Part shown: positions 10,302 to 20,729 of the stretch, in pieces | Numbering within the stretch: position 1 is the first letter of the stretch | How the letters are laid out: each line of letters starts with the position of its first letter | DNA from: a virus | Direction: 5' to 3' (one strand) | IMG/VR virus record: IMGVR_UViG_3300020165_000002 | Length of the DNA stretch: 63,888 bases | The notes under the pieces: model-generated | Database searches by the model: none | The model's input: only the letters and a program-made list of their open reading frames with translations | What the model was told of the DNA's origin: nothing | Program-made: the position numbers and the translations under genes

Positions 10302-11033
10302 ATGATAAATAGCGTAAGAAATACTGTTATGTTTTTGTTGAATAAAGATAACAGAGGATATGTGTCTCCTTCAGAGTTTGATTATTTCGCTAAACAAGCT
10401 CAATTAGAAATATTTGAGTCTTATTTTTCTGAATATTCTAAAGCTCTATTAGCTCAAAACTCTAGAAAAAGAGGATTGAATTATGGAGACTCTGTTGCTC
10501 ATATACAAAACAAGATTGACATATTTTCAAAAAACCAAGCATTAACTTATTTTGATGCAATCCCAACTTCACCTGGTGGAGAAGAAGATTATTTTGTTGC
10601 ACCTACAGATTTATATAAATTAATAAACTTAACTTATGCGGGAAAGGTTATTCAACAGGTTCCGTCGCATAGATTTGATATGATTGTGAATAGCAATCTA
10701 TCTGCACCTAGTGTAACTTATCCCATATTTAAAAGAGAGGGAGATAAGATGATAGTAAGACCTGTAAGTATACATATAACAGGGTACAATTCAGTAAATG
10801 TTATTGCTAACTACATTAGAAAACCTTTAGATCCTCATTGGGGATATAATACGATAAACTCCGACCCTGTATATAATTCAGACAGTTCTGTGGATTTTGA
10901 AATATCCGAAGAAGATGAAACTGATTTAGTTATAAAAATATGTAAGTATTCTGGATTAAGTATAAGAGAGGCCGATGTTGTACAAGTAACTAGCCAACAA
11001 GAGCAGTTAGAATATCAAAAACAAAATTCATAG
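10302..11033 (+). CDS. hypothetical structural protein (head-tail adaptor position)
   Basis: 243 aa. Call rests on position in a T7-like gene order only. Confidence 0.4.
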   Translation: MINSVRNTVMFLLNKDNRGYVSPSEFDYFAKQAQLEIFESYFSEYSKALLAQNSRKRGLNYGDSVAHIQNKIDIFSKNQALTYFDAIPTSPGGEEDYFVAPTDLYKLINLTYAGKVIQQVPSHRFDMIVNSNLSAPSVTYPIFKREGDKMIVRPVSIHITGYNSVNVIANYIRKPLDPHWGYNTINSDPVYNSDSSVDFEISEEDETDLVIKICKYSGLSIREADVVQVTSQQEQLEYQKQNS

Positions 11034-11036
11034 CAT

Positions 11037-11924
11037 ATGCCAATTATAGGAACAAACATAACACAACAGAAATATTATCAAAATGATAGTAATATTCCCA
11101 CTAATGAAAACTGGGGTACTTATCAATATCTTTTATTGTCGGATATTATAAATAACTTTTTGATTACTTATGTTGGAGACGATAAGGTAATAAATAAGAT
11201 TGATAGAAATGAAATAATATTTCACGCAAAAAGAGGGTTACAAGAATTACATTATGATGTACTTAGAGAAGTAGTTGGTTTTGAAGCACAAATTCCAGAT
11301 ACTTTAAAAATGCATTTACCTCATGATTTCGTTAGCCTGGTTAAAATATCTTATGTAGGTAGTGATGGACTAACTCATCCTATAAACCAAAATTTCAACT
11401 CAAAGATAACAAAGTCATATCTACAAGATAATTCTGCTCAAAGAAATATATTGACTGATTCTAATGGAAACGCTTTAACAGGTACTCCAGTAATAGAAAC
11501 TAACTGGAAAAACCAACCCAAACAAGGCTTAAGAGGCGCACACAGGGGTTCTAAGGGACAAAGATACGGTTTAGACACTTCTACAACAAACGGGAACGGT
11601 AGCTATCTTATTGATAAAAACTCTGGAACTATAATGTTTAGTACAGACTTACATGGACAGAATGTTGTTATAGAATATGTTTCAGATGGATTATACTCTT
11701 CTGCAGATAATGAGATAAAAGTTCATAAATTAGCAGAAACATTTATGTATGATTACATTTTTTCAAATGTATGTAAGCAAAAATTTGGAATACAAGAGTT
11801 TATTGTTAGAAGAGCAACAAAACAATCTTCAGCTTCATTAAGAAATGCAAAAATAAGGTTAAATTCTATTAAATTAAATGAACTAACTCAAACATTAAGA
11901 GGGAGAGATAAGTGGATAAAGTAA
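11037..11924 (+). CDS. hypothetical structural protein (tail tubular A-like position)
   Basis: 295 aa, immediately upstream of the giant nozzle-position ORF. Confidence 0.4.
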   Translation: MPIIGTNITQQKYYQNDSNIPTNENWGTYQYLLLSDIINNFLITYVGDDKVINKIDRNEIIFHAKRGLQELHYDVLREVVGFEAQIPDTLKMHLPHDFVSLVKISYVGSDGLTHPINQNFNSKITKSYLQDNSAQRNILTDSNGNALTGTPVIETNWKNQPKQGLRGAHRGSKGQRYGLDTSTTNGNGSYLIDKNSGTIMFSTDLHGQNVVIEYVSDGLYSSADNEIKVHKLAETFMYDYIFSNVCKQKFGIQEFIVRRATKQSSASLRNAKIRLNSIKLNELTQTLRGRDKWIK

Positions 11925-11925
11925 T

Positions 11926-14900
11926 ATGAAGATACAAAATTTATTTTCTACAGGAAAAATGAATAAAGATGTAGATGAACGTCTTATTCAAAACGGAGAG
12001 TATGTAGACGCCTTAAACGTTCGTGTTTTAAACACTGCGGGTGGTGATAGTGGAGCAATAGAAAATGAAAAAGGTAATGTTAAGCTCACTAATGTAAATC
12101 TTAGCAACTCACCTGAATGTATTGGGTCTGTAGCAAATGAATCTAAAGAAAAAATATATTGGTTTGTTGTTAATGAATTAGGGTATTCGTATATATATGA
12201 GTATGACAGAAAAAATAATATAACTTCTAATATTCTTACAGACGAAAGATCTGGTGATCAACAAGTTTTAAACTTTAATAAAGACTATAAAATTACAGGT
12301 GTCAATGTTATATTCAATAACTCAAAGAAAAGTAATCTAATACTTTGGACAGATGGATTGAATCAGCCAAGAATGATTGATATCAAGAGAGCAAAGTCTT
12401 ATGGGTTAAATAATTTTTATGAAGATGATATTTCTTTATATAAAAAACCTCCAAAAAAAGCTCCTACTGTAACTCCTTTTAATAGTTTAGTAACATCTGA
12501 GAACGCAGTAAGAGAAAACTTTTTTGCTTTCGGATATAGATATAGGTATCTAGACGGCGGATATTCTGCGCCTTCATCTTTTAGTTACTTTCAATTCACT
12601 CCAGAAGACTTCTCTTTAGACTTTGCATCTATGGAGAATAAAGGAATGTTAAATATTTTTAATGGATATAGAATAAATTACGAAAGTGGAGACCATAGGG
12701 TTACAGATGTACAGCTACTTTTTAAATATCCAACAGAGCCAACTATTTATGTTATTGATAATATTAATAAAAAAGAAAGTAGCATACTTGATAACAGCTC
12801 TCAAGCTTATGAGTTTGTAAATAAAAAAATATACAAGACTTTACCTCAAGATGAAGTTTTTAGAGTATTTGATGATGTGCCTTTAACTGCAAAATCACAA
12901 GATTTTATAAACGATAGAATTGTTTTTGGAAATACTACTTCTCAATATGACGTTGTAGAAGAAGAAGGATCTAACGATAAAATTAAAATAGATTATACTG
13001 TAGATTTAGTTTCTAAAGATCAAGAAGGCGACAAGAAAGATGGAGCATTGTCAACAGGTGATACAAAAATAGTTTTTGATTTAACTGGAGAAAATTTATT
13101 ACAAGGATATACTATTACAGCAAACTTCTCTGTTAAATCAGATGCAGCAGGTACTTCCCCTAATATTTATTTTAATGGAAGAGCTGTTTGTCAATCTGCT
13201 TTTGTGTTAGCTCAGGATTATGCAACTGTTTCAGACATGGTGCAATCAGCAGAGTTTGTTAGTTTTTTAGGGTCTCTTTCATCTGTGTTTGCAAGTGTAG
13301 TAAATACTACAAGCCCCTTAAATACTACTTTAGTAACTTATGGAAGTTTTTCTTTAGACACATCTTCTTCTACATCTTTTACTATTTTAGCTCCATCAAT
13401 AACTCATCAAGTAGATACAACTCCACTAGACACTACGGATAATGTTTTTACAAATGAATTAGAAAACTTTAAGTTTGAGGATGGATCTCATATAAAAATA
13501 AGACAATCAGTTAGTAACATTTCTTTAAAATCACTAAGGAGTTATGAAGTTGGGTTGGTTTATTTAGATAAGTATGGTAGATATTCAAGTATTTTACTTC
13601 CTAAAGAGTCAGTTGGAACCACTTCAAATGAGGTTTTTGTGCCTATAAGTGAAAGTGTTAATTTAAATAAATTGAGATTATCTATATCAAACAACCCTCC
13701 TTATTGGGCTGACAGATATAAATATTTTGTTAAAGTAAATAAAGACTCTCATTACAATATATATGCAACTATTTTTTATGAAGACGGATTATATCGATGG
13801 GTTTTATTACAAGGAAATAATCTAGGAAAAGTTGAGGCTGGACAAACACTTATAGTTAAAGCTGATGATACGGGACCTTTAAACAAAGAAATTAAGTGTA
13901 AAGTATTAGATGTAACAACAAAAAATGGTGCAGATGAAGAGATAGATGGAGAAGGTTGGATACCAGCAAATCAAAACGGTGCTGGAGATCCGCTTGTAGA
14001 AAGAGCTGGTACATATATGAAAATAAGACCGAATGGTTTTCAAATGGATTTTAATCCAAATAATTTTATAGAGTACAGAACTAAAAAAAGAGCTGGAGGA
14101 GGTTTTTTAAATACCTGGGCTGGAACAAATACCGTTTATTTGCCAAAAGGGCCTCATACAGGACTTAGTGGACTAATTTTGCTTTCAAACGGGCTTCTTA
14201 ATGAAGGAATATTACAAAGACTAAATGAAACTAATAATACATGGGTAAATCAAGATTTAACAACAGGTAGTTCAATAAAACTAGAGCTGGTTTATAGTGA
14301 AAGTGACGGAAGTCCTAATTTTAATTATTTTAAAGAATGGACTTCAAATGGAGATTATGTTACAACAGCAACAGATAATGCGTTTGGGTTGTTTTTGAAA
14401 AACGAAACAAATTTCACTTACGAAAACGTAAGTATTAGTGACGCTGTTAATGGAACAAGGTTTACAATCCCTTCTCTTAACGATCAAGATGAAAATTTTA
14501 AATTAGATATATATAAAACAAGTCAAGGGTATGGAGCTACTGGCAGATGGATGATTAGAGTTCAGCCTAGTGAAGGTACTGCAACTTTTGAAAATTCAAC
14601 ATTAGAGGCTAATATAGATATAGTTCTAGTAACAACTTTAGCTATTTTTGAAACAGAGCCTGTAGATTTAGATGCTGATATTTATTATGAAACAGAGGAG
14701 GTTTTTGAAATATCTAACGGCTTACATAAAGGTAATCATCAAGATCAAACCTCAACACTACCCGCTATAAGTAACTTAGGTTTTGGTAATTGTTTTAGTT
14801 TTGGTAACGGCGTTGAATCAATGAGGGTTTTAGATGATAGATTTAAAGCTAAAATAGATGTAAAGTCGAGACCAAATATTGCTATTATAGAAGGATATGA

Positions 14901-17247
14901 AAGAAAGGAAGACAAAACAAAATTAATTTATAGTGGTTCATTTAACGAGAATACAGGATACAACACTTTAAATGAGTTTAATTCTAGTAGAGGTATTACT
15001 AAGTATATGGATTCAAAATACGGGTCTATACAGAAAATATTTGCTAGAGAATCTGATCTTGTAGTATTTCAAGAAGATAGGGTTTCTAAGGTTTTGTATG
15101 GGAAAAATATATTATCTAGTCCTGACGGAAGCGGAAGTTTATCGCAAATAGAAAAAGTATTGGGTCAAGACGTTCCTTTCACGGGAGAATATGGAATATC
15201 ACTGAATCCAGAGTCTTTTTCAAACTACGAAGGTAGGCTGTATTTTGCTGATCCAAACAGAGGAGCTGTTTTGAGATTAGGAAACGATGGAGTTACACCT
15301 ATATCTTATTTAGGAATGAAGGCTTTTTTCAAAGATAAGCTTTATAATAATAAATCTTATTACAATATAGGAGGGTACGACCCAAAGTATCATCAATATG
15401 TTTTATCTATGGGCAACAATCAAGTTCCGCAAGACTCATTAGAACTTGACTGTGCTTCTTCTTTTACAAGATTAATAACAGGAAGTGCTTTTTCATATAA
15501 CTTGAACGTGGGTTCTTTTTCAGGAGTTACAACAATAGGATACACAACATCATCTAGTATAAATATTGTAATTGTTTATAATGGTGTAACATACACAAAC
15601 AACAACCTGACAGGAAGCGGTCAAGTTACTTTTAATGTAACTTCTAATGACTTAGATGTAACAAATATCGCTTCAGTTACTATAAGCTCTAACTCTACTT
15701 CTGATGCTACTGTTAGTATTACACATACTTGTCCTGTTCCAGACACTTTAGAAGTTGTTTTAGTTGTTGTAAATGACTCAACAGAGGCATCAGAAACAAT
15801 TATAAACAGATATAAGCATAATGGAGCTCAAGGAGATATTTATAATTCAAATTTAGATATTTTTGAGGCAGATGAACTTACTAGATATGAGGTTATAACA
15901 GGATATGAAGGTACGGATATAATACCAGATAATGGTGACACCGTAACAATATCTTCATTAAAACAAATAGGCACACACTCAGGACATTTTAACGTTTGTA
16001 ATAGTTTAGGTTATTTAGTTTCTGCAGCTTCTGGACTTAGTGTTCAAAATATTATAGACCAGGCAACATATCCAACTGTGACTACTTCAACTACTTCTGG
16101 TATTGAAGAAAACACAGTTAATTTTCAATTTAATAGAACAAATACAAGTCAAAAATTATATTTAGTTTGGAACTATATAGATTCTTTACCTGTATTAACA
16201 AACGATAGTGTTACTGGAATTACAAATGGAGGTAGTAGTATTATAAATGTTGTTGCAAACGACTCTATACCTTCTCCATATACCCTTACAATAGGTACAG
16301 CTCCATCATACGGTACTGCTGTAGTTAATTCAGACAACACTATAACTTATAATCATACATCGGGAAATAATCTAAATGATAGCTTTACTTATGTTGTTAG
16401 TAGAGGTGGAGCGTGTCAAGCAACTGCAACGGTTACAACTCAAGCATTAGCAATATCTGTAGATACCTACATATACATATACTTTGATAATTCGGGATCT
16501 ATGGCAACAACTGAAACCGAGCTTCAAACACTTAGGACTGGTTCTTTAAAAGGAACTTTACAGGATCTTTATGCAACTGGAGGAACGGAGTCTAGTGGAA
16601 ATACAAATAACGCAACAAACGGTAGTGATGAATATGATAGTAAAGTAACTATTGTTTACGGAGCAGGTTCTTCAACTAGCTGGCAAAATGAAAGAACTTT
16701 TGCTGCCTTAGGAGATAATGATGTAAATGATTTTATATCTACATCAACGCATAACAATTTTCCATCCGACGCTAGTAATGTGATTGTGATTGTTTTTCAA
16801 GACGAGTCAACTCCTTACAATGCAGGTGGAACTGGAAGCACAGCCCCAGCAAGAACAGCAACGTACGACACAGATATAGCTGACTTGAGATCAAGAGTTA
16901 CTTCTTTAAATTCATCTAACAGTGGGTTTTATAGAGGTATATTAATGGAAGTACAGGGTTATGCGCAGTTTAATGCGTTTATTGATGCGGTAATTGGAGG
17001 TACAGGAACTTATTCTGGCACAAATGGATTATCAGACTTAGTTTCTGGTTCATCACCTACATTTAATTTCGTTCAAAACGTAGAGGAAAGCGACAATAAT
17101 GACGCAAATGCTCCTCTTAAACCAGTACCATACACAGGTAATTTTGATCAATGGCAATACTATTACCTGTATTTAGTAACCGATGCACTTAACACACTAG
17201 GCTTTTCTCCATCGCCAGGAGCATGGCCTGTAGTAATAGACGATTAA
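11926..17247 (+). CDS. giant tail/nozzle-position protein with a cadherin-like Ig segment and a C-terminal VWA (MIDAS) domain
   Basis: 1773 aa in the position of T7 gp12. 'VLTNDS..NVVANDS..FTYVV' is a cadherin/VCBS-like segment (~16190-16440). 'YIYFDNSGSM' is a DxSGS MIDAS motif (~16480-16510), followed by an alpha/beta-like region. Confidence 0.5.
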   Translation: MKIQNLFSTGKMNKDVDERLIQNGEYVDALNVRVLNTAGGDSGAIENEKGNVKLTNVNLSNSPECIGSVANESKEKIYWFVVNELGYSYIYEYDRKNNITSNILTDERSGDQQVLNFNKDYKITGVNVIFNNSKKSNLILWTDGLNQPRMIDIKRAKSYGLNNFYEDDISLYKKPPKKAPTVTPFNSLVTSENAVRENFFAFGYRYRYLDGGYSAPSSFSYFQFTPEDFSLDFASMENKGMLNIFNGYRINYESGDHRVTDVQLLFKYPTEPTIYVIDNINKKESSILDNSSQAYEFVNKKIYKTLPQDEVFRVFDDVPLTAKSQDFINDRIVFGNTTSQYDVVEEEGSNDKIKIDYTVDLVSKDQEGDKKDGALSTGDTKIVFDLTGENLLQGYTITANFSVKSDAAGTSPNIYFNGRAVCQSAFVLAQDYATVSDMVQSAEFVSFLGSLSSVFASVVNTTSPLNTTLVTYGSFSLDTSSSTSFTILAPSITHQVDTTPLDTTDNVFTNELENFKFEDGSHIKIRQSVSNISLKSLRSYEVGLVYLDKYGRYSSILLPKESVGTTSNEVFVPISESVNLNKLRLSISNNPPYWADRYKYFVKVNKDSHYNIYATIFYEDGLYRWVLLQGNNLGKVEAGQTLIVKADDTGPLNKEIKCKVLDVTTKNGADEEIDGEGWIPANQNGAGDPLVERAGTYMKIRPNGFQMDFNPNNFIEYRTKKRAGGGFLNTWAGTNTVYLPKGPHTGLSGLILLSNGLLNEGILQRLNETNNTWVNQDLTTGSSIKLELVYSESDGSPNFNYFKEWTSNGDYVTTATDNAFGLFLKNETNFTYENVSISDAVNGTRFTIPSLNDQDENFKLDIYKTSQGYGATGRWMIRVQPSEGTATFENSTLEANIDIVLVTTLAIFETEPVDLDADIYYETEEVFEISNGLHKGNHQDQTSTLPAISNLGFGNCFSFGNGVESMRVLDDRFKAKIDVKSRPNIAIIEGYERKEDKTKLIYSGSFNENTGYNTLNEFNSSRGITKYMDSKYGSIQKIFARESDLVVFQEDRVSKVLYGKNILSSPDGSGSLSQIEKVLGQDVPFTGEYGISLNPESFSNYEGRLYFADPNRGAVLRLGNDGVTPISYLGMKAFFKDKLYNNKSYYNIGGYDPKYHQYVLSMGNNQVPQDSLELDCASSFTRLITGSAFSYNLNVGSFSGVTTIGYTTSSSINIVIVYNGVTYTNNNLTGSGQVTFNVTSNDLDVTNIASVTISSNSTSDATVSITHTCPVPDTLEVVLVVVNDSTEASETIINRYKHNGAQGDIYNSNLDIFEADELTRYEVITGYEGTDIIPDNGDTVTISSLKQIGTHSGHFNVCNSLGYLVSAASGLSVQNIIDQATYPTVTTSTTSGIEENTVNFQFNRTNTSQKLYLVWNYIDSLPVLTNDSVTGITNGGSSIINVVANDSIPSPYTLTIGTAPSYGTAVVNSDNTITYNHTSGNNLNDSFTYVVSRGGACQATATVTTQALAISVDTYIYIYFDNSGSMATTETELQTLRTGSLKGTLQDLYATGGTESSGNTNNATNGSDEYDSKVTIVYGAGSSTSWQNERTFAALGDNDVNDFISTSTHNNFPSDASNVIVIVFQDESTPYNAGGTGSTAPARTATYDTDIADLRSRVTSLNSSNSGFYRGILMEVQGYAQFNAFIDAVIGGTGTYSGTNGLSDLVSGSSPTFNFVQNVEESDNNDANAPLKPVPYTGNFDQWQYYYLYLVTDALNTLGFSPSPGAWPVVIDD

Positions 17248-17248
17248 T

Positions 17249-18022
17249 ATGGGATTACAATCAGGACAAAGAACAATAACATTTGATGAGGTTTATAATG
17301 CATGGACTTCTTTTCACTCATACGAACCTGAGTGGATGGAAAGACTAGGTACTAATTTTTACACCTTTAAAAACGGTGAGCTTTATATTCATGATGAAAA
17401 CGAAACTAGAACGAACTTTTACGGGGGTTCTAATGGTTGTAGCGTTACTTACTCATCAAATAAAAACCCTTCTGACGTAAAAGGATTTAAATCTATTTCT
17501 TTAGAGTCAAACTCAAGTAATTGGTATGCTGTAGTAAACTCAGATCTTGAGTCTGGAAACATAGGGACTTCTTCTAATCTTAAATTTATAGATAAAGAAG
17601 GGTTCAAATACGGATACATTAGAAGATATGTTACTAATAAATTAGACTTTAATAAGTTATCTATAGTTGGTATTGGAAACTTACAATCCGTACCAGGAAC
17701 TAATCAATATCAATTCACAAAAAATATACCTAATCAAATTTCTTTTAATGGTACTGATGGAGTTGGTGGAGATGAATTATTTTTTAATGACGGAACAACT
17801 AAGATCATTGGGGTTATTAATACGTTTCAAAATAATATTATAACCACAGTCTCTACTGTAAATTTACCACAAGCAGATGATTTTTGTTTTGTTGTTAAAA
17901 ATGCAGAATCTGAATCTTTTGGCGTAAGAGGGTATAGTAGCACTATAAAATTAACAAATGACTCTACTTCATTTGTAGAATTGTTTGCTGCGAACACAGA
18001 GGTCTTCAAGAGCTATATGTAA
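17249..18022 (+). CDS. hypothetical virion protein (257 aa)
   Basis: Co-oriented ORF starting 2 nt after the preceding stop. Confidence 0.5.
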   Translation: MGLQSGQRTITFDEVYNAWTSFHSYEPEWMERLGTNFYTFKNGELYIHDENETRTNFYGGSNGCSVTYSSNKNPSDVKGFKSISLESNSSNWYAVVNSDLESGNIGTSSNLKFIDKEGFKYGYIRRYVTNKLDFNKLSIVGIGNLQSVPGTNQYQFTKNIPNQISFNGTDGVGGDELFFNDGTTKIIGVINTFQNNIITTVSTVNLPQADDFCFVVKNAESESFGVRGYSSTIKLTNDSTSFVELFAANTEVFKSYM

Positions 18023-18024
18023 AT

Positions 18025-18036
18025 TTTGTATATTTG
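18025..18036 (+). promoter_or_regulatory. Promoter-like box TTTGTATATTTG
   Basis: 16 nt upstream of the ATG at 18053. Confidence 0.5.
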
Positions 18037-18052
18037 TAAAAATTAAAGTAAT

Positions 18053-18640
18053 ATGGCAATACTTAGTGCAATTGGAATGGGTGTAGGTTTAATTGGTGAT
18101 GGATTGCAGTTTATGCAAGGTAGTAAATTGAAAAGCCAAGCTGAACATGGTTTGGCTAAGTTTAGACATCAAGAGTTAACTAATTTAGCAGAGAACTTAA
18201 AACCATCTCTTGAGGCTGAACGACAAATGCAAGCCGCTGCTTCAAAGCAAAGGGCTGCTGTTGTAGATGTAGCTGGAGGAATGGATGCTGCACAGGCTAT
18301 GGCTATGGCTTCTGCAGGTCTAGGGGCTACAGGTGACTTAGAAATGAAAGCTTTTTCTAGTCAGTTAGACAAAGAATACCAAGCCGATGTAGTTCGTGTT
18401 CAAGAAGAACAAACTATGAGGGGTATGGTTGAGAAAAGAAAAATGGAAGAACTATCTTCTTTGAAGGCTCAAAAAATGGCTGGTATGCAGATGCAATCTA
18501 GTGCAATAAAAGACTTAGGAGGAATGGCACTTGGAGCTGGTCTGGCTTCAGATAAACTTGCTGCCTCTCAAGGTAAAGCTACAAGTTTGTTTGGAAAAGC
18601 AGGAGAAGTAGGTTCAGCTCCCATACCTAAGGACTATTAA
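18053..18640 (+). CDS. internal virion protein (T7 gp14-like position; putative)
   Basis: 195 aa, rich in A/M/G/Q, with a hydrophobic N-terminus. First of three ORFs of increasing size, as in T7 gp14-16. Confidence 0.4.
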   Translation: MAILSAIGMGVGLIGDGLQFMQGSKLKSQAEHGLAKFRHQELTNLAENLKPSLEAERQMQAAASKQRAAVVDVAGGMDAAQAMAMASAGLGATGDLEMKAFSSQLDKEYQADVVRVQEEQTMRGMVEKRKMEELSSLKAQKMAGMQMQSSAIKDLGGMALGAGLASDKLAASQGKATSLFGKAGEVGSAPIPKDY

Positions 18641-18659
18641 AAATATTAAATAACAAAAT

Positions 18660-20729
18660 ATGTCATACGGAGGAGGAACTGTAACACAACCAATATTAGG
18701 TGGGTTTGATGACTTAACTAAAATGCTACTTCAAGGTAGCTCAGAGATTGCACAAATAAACTTAAAGATAAGCGAAAAAAGAGACAAGCAAATGTCAGAT
18801 CTAACTGAGCAAATCAGTAAGATTACATCTACAGGTATTACTCAGCACGACAAACTTATACAACAAGGAGCTAGGGATAGGGTAAATAGACTAGCTGCTT
18901 CTCATCAAGCTAACAGAAGAGGGGACATGACTTTAAGTCAAGTTTCTGCTGCAAAAGGTCAATATGAATCAGAAATAGCTATATTAGCTAACATGTCTAA
19001 ACTACAAGACGAAAATTTAAAAAACGTTTATAAAGGTGTTGAAGATGGTAAATTTGACAGTATTTCAGGAGACCAAGCAAATCTTCTTTGGTATAACAAT
19101 CCAGGCGACAAGAAAGACGTCTATTTATCTCCAGCTGTTAACGCAGATGGAACTCCTAAGATTGTAGGTGGAGTACAACAGTACGTTCGAAGACCTTCTA
19201 TTGAAGGTTTACAAGTTCAAGATATTAATGGAGTTTTAAATGTTGTTAAAATAAAAGAAGTTCCTAAAAGAGATGAAAATGGGGATGTTGTAAGAATAAA
19301 TAACATTGTACAAACAACAAACAAAACTTTTTATCAACCTTTAACAGAGGCTTTAGATCCAAGTAAAAAATATGTAAAAAAATACGACTTAACAAAAGAC
19401 GTTAAAGACTTTCAGTCTATTACTGGAACTAGGGTTAATTTTGTAGATAAAAACGGAAATAGTCTTGATAACCCTTATTTAAACACAGGAACATTTCCTT
19501 CTGGATCTCAGCTTTTAGCATACCAAATAGCTCCAGAGAATTTTCCAGATATGATTAGAAGTGTGGAAGAGTATATAGGGAAGACATCAGATGATGATGC
19601 TATTTCCATAATACATTCTTTTATGGGAGGAAAAGCAGATTTTCAACCTGATTATGAGCCGCCAAGAAACGCAAAAGAAACTAATGAAAGCATGATGATG
19701 GATGTTGTTGTGGGTGGAGAAACAACTACGCTACCAAGGTATTATGATATGAATGGTAATGTTTTGAAATTTACATCTGATCCATTAGACTTACAAACAG
19801 ATTCAAGAGGTAAGATACAAGTAACAGATGAGCAAAGAGCTTTAGCAAAAGCTTTTAAGCGCGACAAAATGTTGAAGTCTTTTAATGTTACTTATAAGGA
19901 TTACAAGGATCATATTAACACAGCTTCTAGCTCTAAAACACCTCCTGTTGGTATTTCTTTTGCACCTGCAACTTATCCTAGTCAGGTTCAAGAAATTATT
20001 GATGAAAAACCAACAGGGAAAATACTCTCAATAAACAACAATACTCCGATTGATCAATCTTTTATACAGAGCAAAATAAAAATTTTAGCAACAGGTAGAG
20101 AAGAGTTTTCTACTGGAACCAATACAAGTGCAAACAAAACAAGAGAGGCTATAGGAAGGTTTAATCAAGGTATTTCATTAACACCAGCAACAGAAGGATT
20201 AGCTGGTTCAATGAAGGTTTTGAATGATAGATCTCAAGACGTGTTAGGAGGTTTTAGTGTTGTAACGCAAGGAAAAAACAAGAAACCAGGTGGAGATATT
20301 ATAAGTAAAATAACTCAAGATTTAAAAGGGACTACTGTTAGTGGAGGAAAATTAACATCAGTTAGTAATATTATTTACTTTGATGAAGGCGTGGATGAAA
20401 ACACAAGAGAGCCACTTGCTCCAATGCTTGTTATACAAGGAAAAATAGACTTAGCTTCAACAACATTAAGTGATTCATTACTATCAACCCAAGGTGGTTC
20501 AACCGCTATGTCTACAAAACAATCAATAGCCGTAGATGACTTTTATCTTGTTGATTCAGGAGAGATTCGTAGTTTATATACAAAGCTTTGGGAACAAGGA
20601 AATGAAGAAGGTTCTTTCCAAAAAGTTTTGTCAGACAAAGGATATAATATAAAAGGTATAATGAAAGGCGGTAATAAAAGCGACTTTTTAGGAGCGTTTG
20701 AAGCATACACAGACATAATAAATAACTAA
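18660..20729 (+). CDS. internal virion protein (T7 gp15-like position; putative)
   Basis: 689 aa. Call rests on synteny only. Confidence 0.4.
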   Translation: MSYGGGTVTQPILGGFDDLTKMLLQGSSEIAQINLKISEKRDKQMSDLTEQISKITSTGITQHDKLIQQGARDRVNRLAASHQANRRGDMTLSQVSAAKGQYESEIAILANMSKLQDENLKNVYKGVEDGKFDSISGDQANLLWYNNPGDKKDVYLSPAVNADGTPKIVGGVQQYVRRPSIEGLQVQDINGVLNVVKIKEVPKRDENGDVVRINNIVQTTNKTFYQPLTEALDPSKKYVKKYDLTKDVKDFQSITGTRVNFVDKNGNSLDNPYLNTGTFPSGSQLLAYQIAPENFPDMIRSVEEYIGKTSDDDAISIIHSFMGGKADFQPDYEPPRNAKETNESMMMDVVVGGETTTLPRYYDMNGNVLKFTSDPLDLQTDSRGKIQVTDEQRALAKAFKRDKMLKSFNVTYKDYKDHINTASSSKTPPVGISFAPATYPSQVQEIIDEKPTGKILSINNNTPIDQSFIQSKIKILATGREEFSTGTNTSANKTREAIGRFNQGISLTPATEGLAGSMKVLNDRSQDVLGGFSVVTQGKNKKPGGDIISKITQDLKGTTVSGGKLTSVSNIIYFDEGVDENTREPLAPMLVIQGKIDLASTTLSDSLLSTQGGSTAMSTKQSIAVDDFYLVDSGEIRSLYTKLWEQGNEEGSFQKVLSDKGYNIKGIMKGGNKSDFLGAFEAYTDIINN

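Noticed and set aside
11031-11039. ORFs 10302..11033 and 11037..11924 are in the same frame, separated only by TAG-CAT; possible stop-codon read-through fusion
   Set aside because: A same-frame arrangement is expected by chance one time in three. There is no read-through context or suppressor tRNA in the genome (the only tRNA is Glu-UUC).
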